NCBI GenBank assembly: GCA_963813715.1
Contig: CAWFAK010000008.1
Location: 32,001-96,000 of the forward strand
Origin: an uncultured Planctomycetaceae bacterium
GTDB lineage: Bacteria; Planctomycetota; Planctomycetia; Planctomycetales; Planctomycetaceae
Reading direction: 5' to 3'
DNA: 64,000 nt
This document shows positions 10,956 to 19,917 of the stretch, piece by piece. Position numbers and translations under genes: made by a program. Under the pieces are notes generated by a model. The model searched no databases, was not told the DNA's origin, and was given only the letters and a program-made list of their open reading frames with translations. The first letter of the stretch is position 1. Every line of letters begins with the position of its first letter.

Positions 10956-11837
10956 GTGGAACACCAACTCTGGAAGGCGATTTTGATCCTTCTCAAACAG
11001 GCGAGCAAGCTTCGTCGGTGCACGCGAGAACGATACGGGGCAGACGACATTGTGCAGGTTTGGCTGTGGGCCGTTCTGCACGGTCGGCCTGTGTCCTGGG
11101 CGTGCGATCTTCGGAACTGGCCGCTGCATGAGCGTCGCCGCAAATTGCCATCGTCGAGCACCATGTCGAGACGACTGCGGAGTGCCGAGGTCCAGCAAAT
11201 GCTGCAAGAGATCGAACGTTCTGAACTGGCTCCTCGTGGGAACAAGCCCCTGTATTGGATGATCGATGGCAAGCCTCTGCCGATCGGCGGTTGCTCGAAA
11301 GACCGGCAAGCTGGGTACGGCCGCGCCGCGGGCTGCAAAGCCAAAGGGTACAAGCTACACGCGGTGGTCGGCAGCGATGGCTCGATCGCTGCCTGGCGCG
11401 TGGCTCCCATGCAAAAGGATGAGCGGGCGATGGGGCGGCGGATGTTGAAGCAAGCGGCTGTGCAAGGGTACTTGCTCGCCGATGCAAATTTCGACTCGAA
11501 CCAGTTACACGACGTCTGCCTCGAACGCGGCGTGCAACTGGTGGCACCTCCGCGTTACGGATTTGGCCGTCGCCGTGGCCATCGGCGTCAGAGTCCCGCT
11601 CGGCTGCGATCTCTTGAACTGCTCTCGAATCCGCAAAGCTCGTTCGGCCGTGCCCTCCATCAAGAACGTAACGCGATCGAACGCTACTTCGGATACTTGA
11701 GCACTTGGAGCGCCGGATTGCAGGCACTGCCCGCTTGGGTTCGCGGCCACCGACGCGTCCACCGCTGGGTGCAAGGCAAGCTCATCTTTACCGCCTTGCG
11801 ACGGCGATGCCAAAAAACGACTTACGTCACGAGATGA
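10956..11837 (+). CDS. DDE transposase
   Basis: AAGGAG then GTG; IDGKPLPIGGCSKD, GYKLHAV, LLADANFDSN, RNAIERYFG. Confidence 0.9.
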   Translation: MEHQLWKAILILLKQASKLRRCTRERYGADDIVQVWLWAVLHGRPVSWACDLRNWPLHERRRKLPSSSTMSRRLRSAEVQQMLQEIERSELAPRGNKPLYWMIDGKPLPIGGCSKDRQAGYGRAAGCKAKGYKLHAVVGSDGSIAAWRVAPMQKDERAMGRRMLKQAAVQGYLLADANFDSNQLHDVCLERGVQLVAPPRYGFGRRRGHRRQSPARLRSLELLSNPQSSFGRALHQERNAIERYFGYLSTWSAGLQALPAWVRGHRRVHRWVQGKLIFTALRRRCQKTTYVTR

Positions 11838-11846
11838 AAAAAGTTG

Positions 11847-11898
11847 TCACGCTTCGGGTTGGTATGACGCATTCACTAACCCGAAGCGTCAGCGAGGG
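11847..11898. repeat. REP-like inverted pair
   Basis: (CCCTCGC)TCACGCTTCGGGTTGGT is complementary to ACTAACCCGAAGCGTCAGCGAGGG (11875-11898). Confidence 0.75.
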
Positions 11899-12016
11899 CC
11901 AGCGTCCAGGGTGAGCGGGCCCAGCCGCCGAATCTCGTGATCCGAATCGCCCAACGCATCGTTCGCCCGACAACCGCTCTTTCGGCAGCGGCATTCTCAT
12001 TCATCGGGGCGCAGCG

Positions 12017-12388
12017 ATGCGGAAAACGGAATTCTACGTGTCCAGCGCGGACGAACTCAGCGACACGACGGATGCCAGCCCGTTCAAACAGTGGGCCGTT
12101 GGCGTGGGAGTCGCCGCGGCGATCGCGGTCTACGCCCTCTACTGTTTTTGGACAGACACCGCAATCCTACCCGGCGGCCGATTTCAGCGCGTGATTCACC
12201 TCCAGGGATTGGCCGCCCGGGCGGTCGCTTCGGGCTGGCTGAGCCTCGCCGCGTTCGTGCACCTCCACTGGTTCTGGACGGCCAGCCCCCGCTTCTGGGG
12301 CTACGCGCAGCTCGGCAAAATGGCTGCAATGGTCGCACTCGTCGCGAGCTTGGCTGTGCTGGGTTACGCGATGCTGATGATGTCGTGA
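12017..12388 (+). CDS. Hypothetical membrane protein
   Basis: 123 aa, three hydrophobic segments, GC3-biased codons. Confidence 0.6.
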   Translation: MRKTEFYVSSADELSDTTDASPFKQWAVGVGVAAAIAVYALYCFWTDTAILPGGRFQRVIHLQGLAARAVASGWLSLAAFVHLHWFWTASPRFWGYAQLGKMAAMVALVASLAVLGYAMLMMS

Positions 12389-12453
12389 ACGCGAGTTGAA
12401 ACCGCTCTGGGTGGCACTCGCGGGCTTCGGAGATTTCTTTGTGGGCCGCGTTA

Positions 12454-12501
12454 CCCAGGGTTAGAAACCCTGGGCTATTTTCTGACGCCCCTGGGCGGGG
12501 C
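12454..12501. repeat. REP-like palindromes
   Basis: CCCAGGGTT-aga-AACCCTGGG followed by GCCCC...GGGGC. Confidence 0.55.
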
Positions 12502-12616
12502 TTGAATTCGGAATCGATGCGTCGGCCCGCTCGCTGACGGTCCGCGGCGTCAGTCATGGATTCTCAGAAAACTGATCTTGGACGGATCTCATTTTTCCCT
12601 CGGTCCAAGGCGCGGC

Positions 12617-12868
12617 CTAACCCGCGGATGTTTTCACATCATCCAAAGTCAGTTCAACATGACCGCAGTTGCGACAGGCGTACGCTGAAAGCGGCTCCCG
12701 CGAACCAAGCATGCCAAAAAGACTCTTAGTCCATGACGTAAATGTCACACTGCCGAATCCGTTGAGCCGACCAAACTCCAATTTAGTGGCCCCGCATCTT
12801 GGACATTGTTTGGGGTCTGCCATGTCAATTGCCTTGGGCATGAGGTCTATGAGTGACATTTTACCCAA
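12617..12868 (-). CDS. Small zinc-ribbon protein
   Basis: CPRCG ... AYACRNCGHVEL; start uncertain. Confidence 0.65.
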   Translation of the reverse strand: MGKMSLIDLMPKAIDMADPKQCPRCGATKLEFGRLNGFGSVTFTSWTKSLFGMLGSREPLSAYACRNCGHVELTLDDVKTSAG

Positions 12869-14206
12869 AATCGGTCAGTTGCCGGGACTAGTCGTTGTCA
12901 CGGCTGTGCAGCGGCAAGAGTCCGTAGCGTGCGACAACGCGGCAAAGCGCCCGCCGGCACACCATCTTTGTTGGACCGACCGGTGTGCCTCCGCTCCCAT
13001 CGCGAGCCGACACGTCCTACTCCGCTCACGGCGACCCGGAAATCTCAAAAATTGATCTTGGACGAATCTCGTTTTTCTGGCTGAATGGAGAGAGCGGACT
13101 CTTTGCGCGCCGATGGCGGTGTAGCGGAATGGCCTAGGTGGAAACACGGGGGGTTGGGTCGCGAATTTATTCTCAGATAGGTGACCCACGAAATTCGTGA
13201 CCCGGCCCCCGATCGCAGGTCGGGTCGGGACGGGACACGAACGCGTTGGGACGGAATGGCGGGCGTACGCTGGGGGTGGATCCCCGCGGACGACAGAACG
13301 GTCCTTGCCGGTGGTGGGGATCCTTTTTACTAAGGGGGACGAAGGATCCCCAGCAAGCCGGGACGGGACCTCAAGGGTGGGACGGGATTGAATTGCGAGA
13401 ACTGGGCTCTACGGTGGATTCGTTGCGGTTCGAGTCACGCCGTCGAGCCAGGCGATCAAGTCTTGTGTCACTTCGTCGCGGTTGGTTTCGTTCAGCGTCT
13501 CGTGTCGCGCGTTGGGATAGAGCTTATAGGTGACATGTTGCAGGCTGGCCGCACGATAGGCGTTGAGCAACTGGTGGACGTTGCTGCCCACCGGGTCACG
13601 GCTGCCACGGAAGATGTAGATCGGCAGCGATTTGGGGATGCGAGTCTGCCGCGCCGGATCGGACATCTCGGCCAGGCCTCCGAGAATGTCGAGGAAGAGT
13701 TGCACTTGGGAGTCGAAGCCGCACAACGGATCCGCCACGTACTTGTCGACCTCGGCGGGATCGCGTGAGAGCCAGTCGAATGGTGTCCGCGCCGGCTCAA
13801 ACGGCTTGTTGAAGGCTCCAAAGAAGAGCGACTGCAGCAGCGGGCTCTTGCCGTGCGGACCGACTCGCAGCCGCTCGAGCTTCGCGATGTTTCGCCCCAA
13901 CCCCGCGGTCGCGGGCGGGCGGCCGTTCGTCCCGGAAAGCACCGCTGCGACGACCGCGTCGCCATGGTCGCCGAGAAATTGCTGGACCATGAACGATCCC
14001 AGCGAATGGCCAAAGATCACGACGGGCGTGTTTGGATGGTCCGCGCGAATCCGCTGGTTGAGCTGCCACAAGTCCTGGACACACCGATTCCATCCATCAT
14101 TCTCGGCGAAGTAGCCCAGGTCGGCAGGCGTCTTCGCTGTACGGCCGTGTCCCCGATGATCGTCGGCGTAGACGGCGTAACCAGCCCGGCACAGGGCCTC
14201 GGCCAT

Positions 14207-14480
14207 CTATGAGAAGGGTAGCGTCAAGGGTTGGTTTTTGCGTTTGAAGTGGTGATCTGGGCGATGCGGTACGCTCAACCATCTATTCGGGATCACCAAC
14301 GGTCTGGAACAGGTCCGTCGATGTCGCCAGGAAGCCGACTTTCGAGAGACGCCCCATTCACCCTTCGAAGGTCGCTCTTTTGAGGGAACGCCTTCATGGC
14401 CGGGGGCGGGGTCGTCTGTGGGTCGTCGCAGCGCTTTCGATCGATGTTTTGTTTTGTGCTCTCCTGCCAAGGTCAGGGAT
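14207..14480 (-). ncRNA. Putative bridge/seekRNA in the IS1111 right end
   Basis: Contains 5-8 nt matches to both strands of the target and of the circle junction; boundaries approximate. Confidence 0.65.
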
Positions 14481-15500
14481 TTAAGTCGGTTGCTGGCTGA
14501 GCGAGTAGGGTTGGCCCGTCTTCAAGATCGCTGTCATCAGGCACAACAACCGGCGGGCCACGGCGACGATCGCCTTCTTGGCACGCACGCGCAACTTCAA
14601 TCGTTCATAAATCCGACGCCAACGTAACGAGTGCTGAACCAGCCGCCAGGCGGCTTCGACCAGCGTCGAGCGCAGCAGCGTCGAACCGTTCTTCTCCAGG
14701 TGCAGCTCCCGACTCTTGCCCGCACTCTCGCGTTGACCCGGTGAGAGCCCTGCGTAAGCGACGACCCGCTTTTGCGAACCGAAGCGATCAATGTCTGCCA
14801 GCTCGGCCAGCACAACTTCGGTGGTCACGAAGCCCATTCCGGGGATCGTCCGCAACAGCGTCCGCGCTTCCTGCTCGCAAAGCGGCGCCGCCTCGGCGAA
14901 CTCCTTCAGCCGGGCGTTGACGGCCAGCAGCTGACGCCGCCCGAAGTGCAACTCTTCGACCATCTGATCCACGGCGAACCGATCCGCTCCCAAGAGAGGC
15001 ACTTGGGCGAGATACGCCAACCCGTCCACGGTGAACAGACTGGGACGATCCGCGTTGTAGTCGCAGAGAATGCGGGGCAGACGGTTCTTGACGGAGGTCA
15101 ATCGCCGTTGAATGCCCCCTCGATGGCGCACTAATCGCCGATGCTCCTGCTGCCGCGGAGTCGCGCGATAAGAGGTCGGAATCATGTCCAAGGCCAGGAA
15201 CTCCGCGAGGATTTGCACGTCGAGCCGATCGCTTTTACGCGTGCTCTCGGCAATCACACGCAGCTTCTTGGGGTGAGCCAACAACACGCGATGGGCCACG
15301 GGCTCGATCAATCGCACGAACCATTCGTAGCTGGCGGTCGCTTCCACGACAGCCTCGAACTCCCCGAGCCTCTCGAAAAATGCGAGGATGCTCCGCTCTT
15401 CGCCACAACGCACGGTCCGACGCTCCAAAACCCGCCGCAATTGGTCGACGACGCAAATCGTGATAGTCTGCTTGTGTAGGTCGCAGCCGGCAAATTTCAT
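14481..15500 (-). CDS. IS110-family DEDD recombinase/transposase
   Basis: GCDLHK, VVEAT, KSDRLD, LLRTIPGMG, AYAGLSP..RESAGK, AIVAVARRL. Confidence 0.95.
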   Translation of the reverse strand: MKFAGCDLHKQTITICVVDQLRRVLERRTVRCGEERSILAFFERLGEFEAVVEATASYEWFVRLIEPVAHRVLLAHPKKLRVIAESTRKSDRLDVQILAEFLALDMIPTSYRATPRQQEHRRLVRHRGGIQRRLTSVKNRLPRILCDYNADRPSLFTVDGLAYLAQVPLLGADRFAVDQMVEELHFGRRQLLAVNARLKEFAEAAPLCEQEARTLLRTIPGMGFVTTEVVLAELADIDRFGSQKRVVAYAGLSPGQRESAGKSRELHLEKNGSTLLRSTLVEAAWRLVQHSLRWRRIYERLKLRVRAKKAIVAVARRLLCLMTAILKTGQPYSLSQQPT

Positions 15501-15830
15501 GGCGGTGTCCTTTTGCGGAAACGGTTTTGCAACAAACTCCGTTTACCACGTTCAAGCACAACCACCAACCGGCTCGGCCTACCTCTTACCGCTCCTCATA
15601 GCTTCACCCGGGCATAGCGGCCGGCATGCTCGGCCCAACCGTGTGCGATCTGCACCACGGCCTTCGTCGGCTGCTCGGGCAGCCAGCGATAAACGAAGAG
15701 GGAAACACCATCGGGCGTTTCAAGTTGAAATGTCGAAGCCTGCATGAAATCACCGCTGACTGTCACCGAGGTCAGTTTGTAGTCTTGTAGGCCAGGCTGT
15801 GCCTGCCGTCCGCGTGCACGCGTCTTCGGG

Positions 15831-16376
15831 TCACTTCTTCGGCCGAAACGCCACCAGTTTCGATTCGTTGGTGGTCAGGTACGGGCCGTTTAGGAGGTCG
15901 ATGCAATACGGGATCGCCGGGAAAACCGCGTCCAGGCACTCGGCGATGGCGCCGGGTTGGCCGGGGAGGTTGAGGATCAGCGTGCCGCCGCGGATGCCGG
16001 CCGTTTGACGGGAGAGGATCGCAGTGGGGACTTTTTCGAGCGAGACTTTGCGCATCAACTCGCCGAAGCCGGGCATCATTTTCGAGCAGACGGCCTCCGT
16101 CGCCTCGGGGGTGACGTCGCGGAGGGCCGGGCCGGTGCCGCCGGTGGTGACGACCAGGCAGCAACCCTCGGAGTCGCAAAGTTGTCTGAGGGTCGCCTTG
16201 ATCCTCGGCCGCTCGTCGGGGATCACCCGCACGATGGCGGTCCAAGGCGAGGTCAGAATGCCCTTGAGATACTCGCGGATGGCCGGGCCGCCGCGATCCT
16301 CATACTCGCCGCTGCTGGCACGGTCGGAGACGGTCACCACGCCGATTTTTGCGGGCTCTTCGGGAGAATCTGCCAT
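15831..16376 (-). CDS. mog: Molybdopterin adenylyltransferase
   Basis: VTVSDRAS, TTGGTGPALRDVTPEAT, PTAILSRQTAGIR, NLPGQP. Confidence 0.95.
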   Translation of the reverse strand: MADSPEEPAKIGVVTVSDRASSGEYEDRGGPAIREYLKGILTSPWTAIVRVIPDERPRIKATLRQLCDSEGCCLVVTTGGTGPALRDVTPEATEAVCSKMMPGFGELMRKVSLEKVPTAILSRQTAGIRGGTLILNLPGQPGAIAECLDAVFPAIPYCIDLLNGPYLTTNESKLVAFRPKK

Positions 16377-16586
16377 CGGGAAGACCTTCTAGAGCGGTCG
16401 GAGCGCGGGCGAAAACCGGAGCGATGTGGGCCGCTCGGCCGGTCCCGTCAGGTGTAGCAGGTCGGCGTCGAATTCGACACGGTTTGGATGCCGGTTGCCG
16501 TGCGGTTCGTTTGTTTCCAGCCTCTTTTGGTGTACATTGAAACCCGTGCAAATGGCAAATAATGTCCCGGTTCAGAGGAGTGAATA

Positions 16587-17162
16587 ATGGCTCGGCTGTG
16601 CGCGATCGTGATCGGTTTGACCTTCCTGACGCAGGCGACGCTGTCCGCCGCGGAAACCAAGTCGAAGGATGTGCCTCCCGTGCTGCAGTTCAAAGCCAAG
16701 TCGCTCGAAGGCAAAGACGTCGACCTGTCGCAGTACAAAGGCAAGGTGCTGTTGATTGTCAACGTGGCCAGCCGTTGCGGCTACACGCCGCAGTACAAGG
16801 GCCTCGAACAGTTGCACGAGAAATTCGGCAAAGAGGGGCTCGTGGTGATGGGCTTCCCGTGCAACCAGTTCCTCCGCCAGGAGCCGGGCGACCCGCAGCA
16901 GATTCGCGAATTCTGCACGGAAAAGTACAACGTGAAGTTCGACCTGTTCGAGAAGATCGACGTGAAGGGGCCGCACCAGACGCCGATTTACAAGTGGCTC
17001 ACCTCGCGCGAAGCCACGCCGACCGATCCGGGCGACGTGAAGTGGAACTTCGAGAAATTCCTCGTCGGCAAAGACGGCAAAGTGGTGGCTCGTTATCGCA
17101 GCGGCGTGAAGCCGGAGAGCCCGCAGGTCGTCGAGGCCATCGAGGCTGAGTTGAAGAAGTAA
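16587..17162 (+). CDS. Glutathione peroxidase family protein (Cys type, signal peptide)
   Basis: VNVASRCGYT, GFPCNQF, KWNFEKFLV. Confidence 0.95.
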   Translation: MARLCAIVIGLTFLTQATLSAAETKSKDVPPVLQFKAKSLEGKDVDLSQYKGKVLLIVNVASRCGYTPQYKGLEQLHEKFGKEGLVVMGFPCNQFLRQEPGDPQQIREFCTEKYNVKFDLFEKIDVKGPHQTPIYKWLTSREATPTDPGDVKWNFEKFLVGKDGKVVARYRSGVKPESPQVVEAIEAELKK

Positions 17163-17581
17163 CGACGGCCGTAGCCGCGCGGGGAACAGTAAAAAGAACG
17201 TTCTTCGCTGTTCGATCCGCTCGGTTATCGACGCCGCCAGCGGCAAACAGCACTTCGTTGCCCGCCGCATCGGATTACGGAACTTCCTACGCGTCACTCG
17301 TCGCGGCCCGCTGCTACTTTTAGCTGACCACGAGAAACGGGACCACATTGGTCGTCAACGACGCCGACCAACTCAAGATCGTCACCACAAATCGGTCGAC
17401 GGTCGCTGAAAACTGCTGTAACTCAGAGATATTTGCACTTCCAATTTGCAGCGCCCATTGTGTAATGGGGAAGGATCGGGTTTTTGTTGGAGGGGGCGAT
17501 GACCATTGCAGGTAGCACCGCCCCTCGGCATTCGTGGGAAAATCAGCCGCCCCCTTTTGATCGCCGGCCTAAGTGCGGACG

Positions 17582-17974
17582 ATGACTCGCTCACAGCGGA
17601 TTCTCGTTGTCCTGTCGCTTGCCAGTTATTTGCTGGCCACGACGGCGATCCATGCGCTGCACGATCATTCGGCTGCGGGGCATTGCTGTCACAACGAGCT
17701 GTCGTGCGACGACGGCGCGTTCCCTACGGAGCATGGTGACTGCGCCGATGCCTGCGATGAGTCGGCTCGCCACGACGGGCACTCCTCGCCGACCAACTGC
17801 GAAGACTCGTGCTTTGCGTGCCGTTTCCTGGCCGCGAAGGCGATGCCGGCGGCCGTGGTTCTCCCTGTCGACCGGCTCGAGACCGTTTGCCAGTTGGAGG
17901 TCCTGCCGCCCGCCCTCGCGCCCCACACTCAACTCGAGTGCTCTCTCTGTCGTGGCCCTCCCGGCGCTTGCTAG
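17582..17974 (+). CDS. DUF2946-like His/Cys-rich putative leader peptide
   Basis: Signal-like N-terminus, His/Cys-rich middle, CFAC, C-terminal RGPP. Confidence 0.7.
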   Translation: MTRSQRILVVLSLASYLLATTAIHALHDHSAAGHCCHNELSCDDGAFPTEHGDCADACDESARHDGHSSPTNCEDSCFACRFLAAKAMPAAVVLPVDRLETVCQLEVLPPALAPHTQLECSLCRGPPGAC

Positions 17975-18235
17975 CGCTCGGCCGATTTCCGCGTTCGCGC
18001 CCGGATCCTGCCGGCGCTTGCCAGTCATCCCTAGGCGCAGCGTCCCCAGACTTTTGCTGCTCCGCCGGGTGAATGGTCAGATCGGCCGCACACGGCGCCC
18101 ATACGTGTAGGGCCTCTTGAACGATCCGGCAAACCTTGCGTGAACGGATCGCAAGAGAGGACGCAATCGACGATCTATCGGCGACTTTCTCTGCCGATTT
18201 TCCGCATAAGAATTCCCAGAGAGAGGCGAGTAAAC

Positions 18236-19327
18236 ATGAATAAGTCCCATTGCGCCCGACGCGCCTTTACGCTGATTGAGCTCCTTGTCGTGATTGCAAT
18301 CGTCTCAATTCTGATGTCGCTACTGTTGCCCGCGGTGCAGGCCGCCCGCGAATCCGCGCGTCGCACCCAGTGTGTCAACAACCTCAAGGAGATCGGTCTG
18401 GCTTTTCATAACTACGTGGACAGCCATCTCTGCTTTCCGCCCGCGTACATTCAAGGATCCGGCACGCAGTCCGGCGTCTCTTACGGCGTCAGCTACCCCG
18501 ACGGGGGCTATAACGGCCTGTCCGGATGGGGGTGGGGCGCCTTGATCCTGCCCTACATCGAACAGGGCAATCTCTACAAGAAATTGAATCTCAACCTTCC
18601 GTGCTGGGCGACAGAAAATGCGACGATCGTCCAGACCAAAATACCGGGGTACCTCTGCCCGTCGGCGACGGGTGGCAGCGACGGGTTTTCGGTACTGCAG
18701 TACACGGCCGGCACCAACCAGGACCCGCAGAATCCGGCCCCATTCAGCCCGAACATCTTTTTTGCGCATAGCCACTACTCAGTCAACGCGGGTCAAAACG
18801 CGCCCTGGAATCGCTCGACTCCGTATTCGATCGATTTCTCGATTCCGGAACCTGTCCCGTTTGGCTCGGAAATCGCCTATGACATTATCAATGGGCCGTT
18901 CTATCGGAATTCCCACACACGCCCGCGAGATGTCACCGACGGCCTGTCCCAGACCGTCTTCGCCGGAGAAACCGACTCGATCCTGACCAACAAAACCTGG
19001 GTCGGCGTCGTTCCCGGAGCCTGTACGCCCTCTCATGTCAATCCGACCATCGGCGCGGGCGACAACAACGGCGCCGGATGCCTGGTCAGCATCCACAGCG
19101 GTCCCGACATCCACGAGCGCCCGCAGTTCATCATTCACCAGCCGTCCGATCCCATCGGGCTCACCGACGAGATGTACTCGGAGCATGCCGCTTCGACCGG
19201 CGGCAATGTCCTGTTCGGGGACGGTGGCGTGCGGTTCATCAGTGCCTTCATCGACGCCGACACCTGGTGGTATCTGTCGACGATGAATGTCGGCGACGTG
19301 CCGAGCCTGGAGACCTTGGCCGACTGA
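18236..19327 (+). CDS. DUF1559 prepilin-type N-terminal cleavage/methylation protein
   Basis: AFTLIELLVVIAI..LLLPAVQAARESARR.QC.NNLK, DVTDGLSQT, SEH..GGNVLFGDGGVRFI. Confidence 0.95.
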   Translation: MNKSHCARRAFTLIELLVVIAIVSILMSLLLPAVQAARESARRTQCVNNLKEIGLAFHNYVDSHLCFPPAYIQGSGTQSGVSYGVSYPDGGYNGLSGWGWGALILPYIEQGNLYKKLNLNLPCWATENATIVQTKIPGYLCPSATGGSDGFSVLQYTAGTNQDPQNPAPFSPNIFFAHSHYSVNAGQNAPWNRSTPYSIDFSIPEPVPFGSEIAYDIINGPFYRNSHTRPRDVTDGLSQTVFAGETDSILTNKTWVGVVPGACTPSHVNPTIGAGDNNGAGCLVSIHSGPDIHERPQFIIHQPSDPIGLTDEMYSEHAASTGGNVLFGDGGVRFISAFIDADTWWYLSTMNVGDVPSLETLAD

Positions 19328-19387
19328 AAATCACCAGCGAATACCGGCCACGCCCCCAAAGGGGCGCCGCCAGCGGCGAGCTAAAAA

Positions 19388-19726
19388 ATGTTTGACGAAA
19401 TGAACATGAAAAAGGCGGCGATCGGGACGGCAGGCGCCGGCCTTTTGTTGATTGGGATCTGGTATGCCTGGTGGAGCCGGCCTCCGCAGGTCGGGGCAGA
19501 CAAAGAGAGCATGAAGGTCGTCGACGCCCTTTATACTGCCGTCAGTTCCCACAACCCGACGCGACTCGCGGATTGCGAGCACCGACTGCACACACTGCGG
19601 GATGACGGCAAATTGCCACGAGCGACCGCCGACTATCTCGACGGTCTGATCTCGACGGCGCGAACGGGTGATTGGCAGAAAGCGACGCATCAGCTTTTCA
19701 ACTTCATGAAAGCACAGCATTCATGA
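19388..19726 (+). CDS. Hypothetical single-TM protein
   Basis: N-terminal TM plus helical domain, directly after the DUF1559 gene. Confidence 0.65.
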   Translation: MFDEMNMKKAAIGTAGAGLLLIGIWYAWWSRPPQVGADKESMKVVDALYTAVSSHNPTRLADCEHRLHTLRDDGKLPRATADYLDGLISTARTGDWQKATHQLFNFMKAQHS

Positions 19727-19917
19727 AAGAACAGAGCCGTCAGCAGCATTAAGCCGGAGCAGGCAACATCGGGGGCACCGACAAGTGTGCCCGGCCTCCT
19801 GGCGCGCCTCGGTCACATCGATCGATGCACGTCCGCGCGGCTGCGGAGCTAGTCTAGTCAGCATGTTTTGCGCCGACACATGCTAGTGCCCGCGGCCGGG
19901 GCGCGAGGCAAGAAATC

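Larger units (their letters stand above)
10354..11846 (+). mobile_element. Insertion sequence (IS982/IS5-like DDE) with an internal partial duplication
   Basis: Ends CAGCTTTTTC / GAAAAAAGTTG flanked by TC; interrupts CCCTCGCTC|ACGCTTCGGGTTGGT. Confidence 0.7.
14204..15604 (-). mobile_element. IS110 family element, IS1111 group
   Basis: Sub-terminal IRs CTATGAG(A/G)AG, shared TG core at both junctions, long non-coding region downstream of the transposase. Confidence 0.9.
13409..15745 (-). pseudogene. Alpha/beta hydrolase (lysophospholipase/Hydrolase_4 type) split by an IS110-family element
   Basis: 5' part 15605-15745 (MQASTF...IAHGWAEHAGRYARV) rejoins in frame to AEALCRAGY...DHRGHG, GHSLGS, HETLNE. 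Confidence 0.9.

Noticed and set aside
12558..13077. CRISPR array
   Set aside because: Only two repeat copies 480 bp apart and no cas genes; no regularly spaced array seen anywhere in the window.
14207..14470. 87-aa ORF after the IS1111 transposase
   Set aside because: No protein features; the region is better explained as the guide RNA end.
16587..17162. Selenocysteine glutathione peroxidase
   Set aside because: The active-site codon is TGC (Cys).
17400..17580. Cobalamin or other riboswitch upstream of the His/Cys-rich ORF
   Set aside because: Only scattered GGGAA-like words; conserved boxes are not recognisable in order. An Rfam scan is needed.
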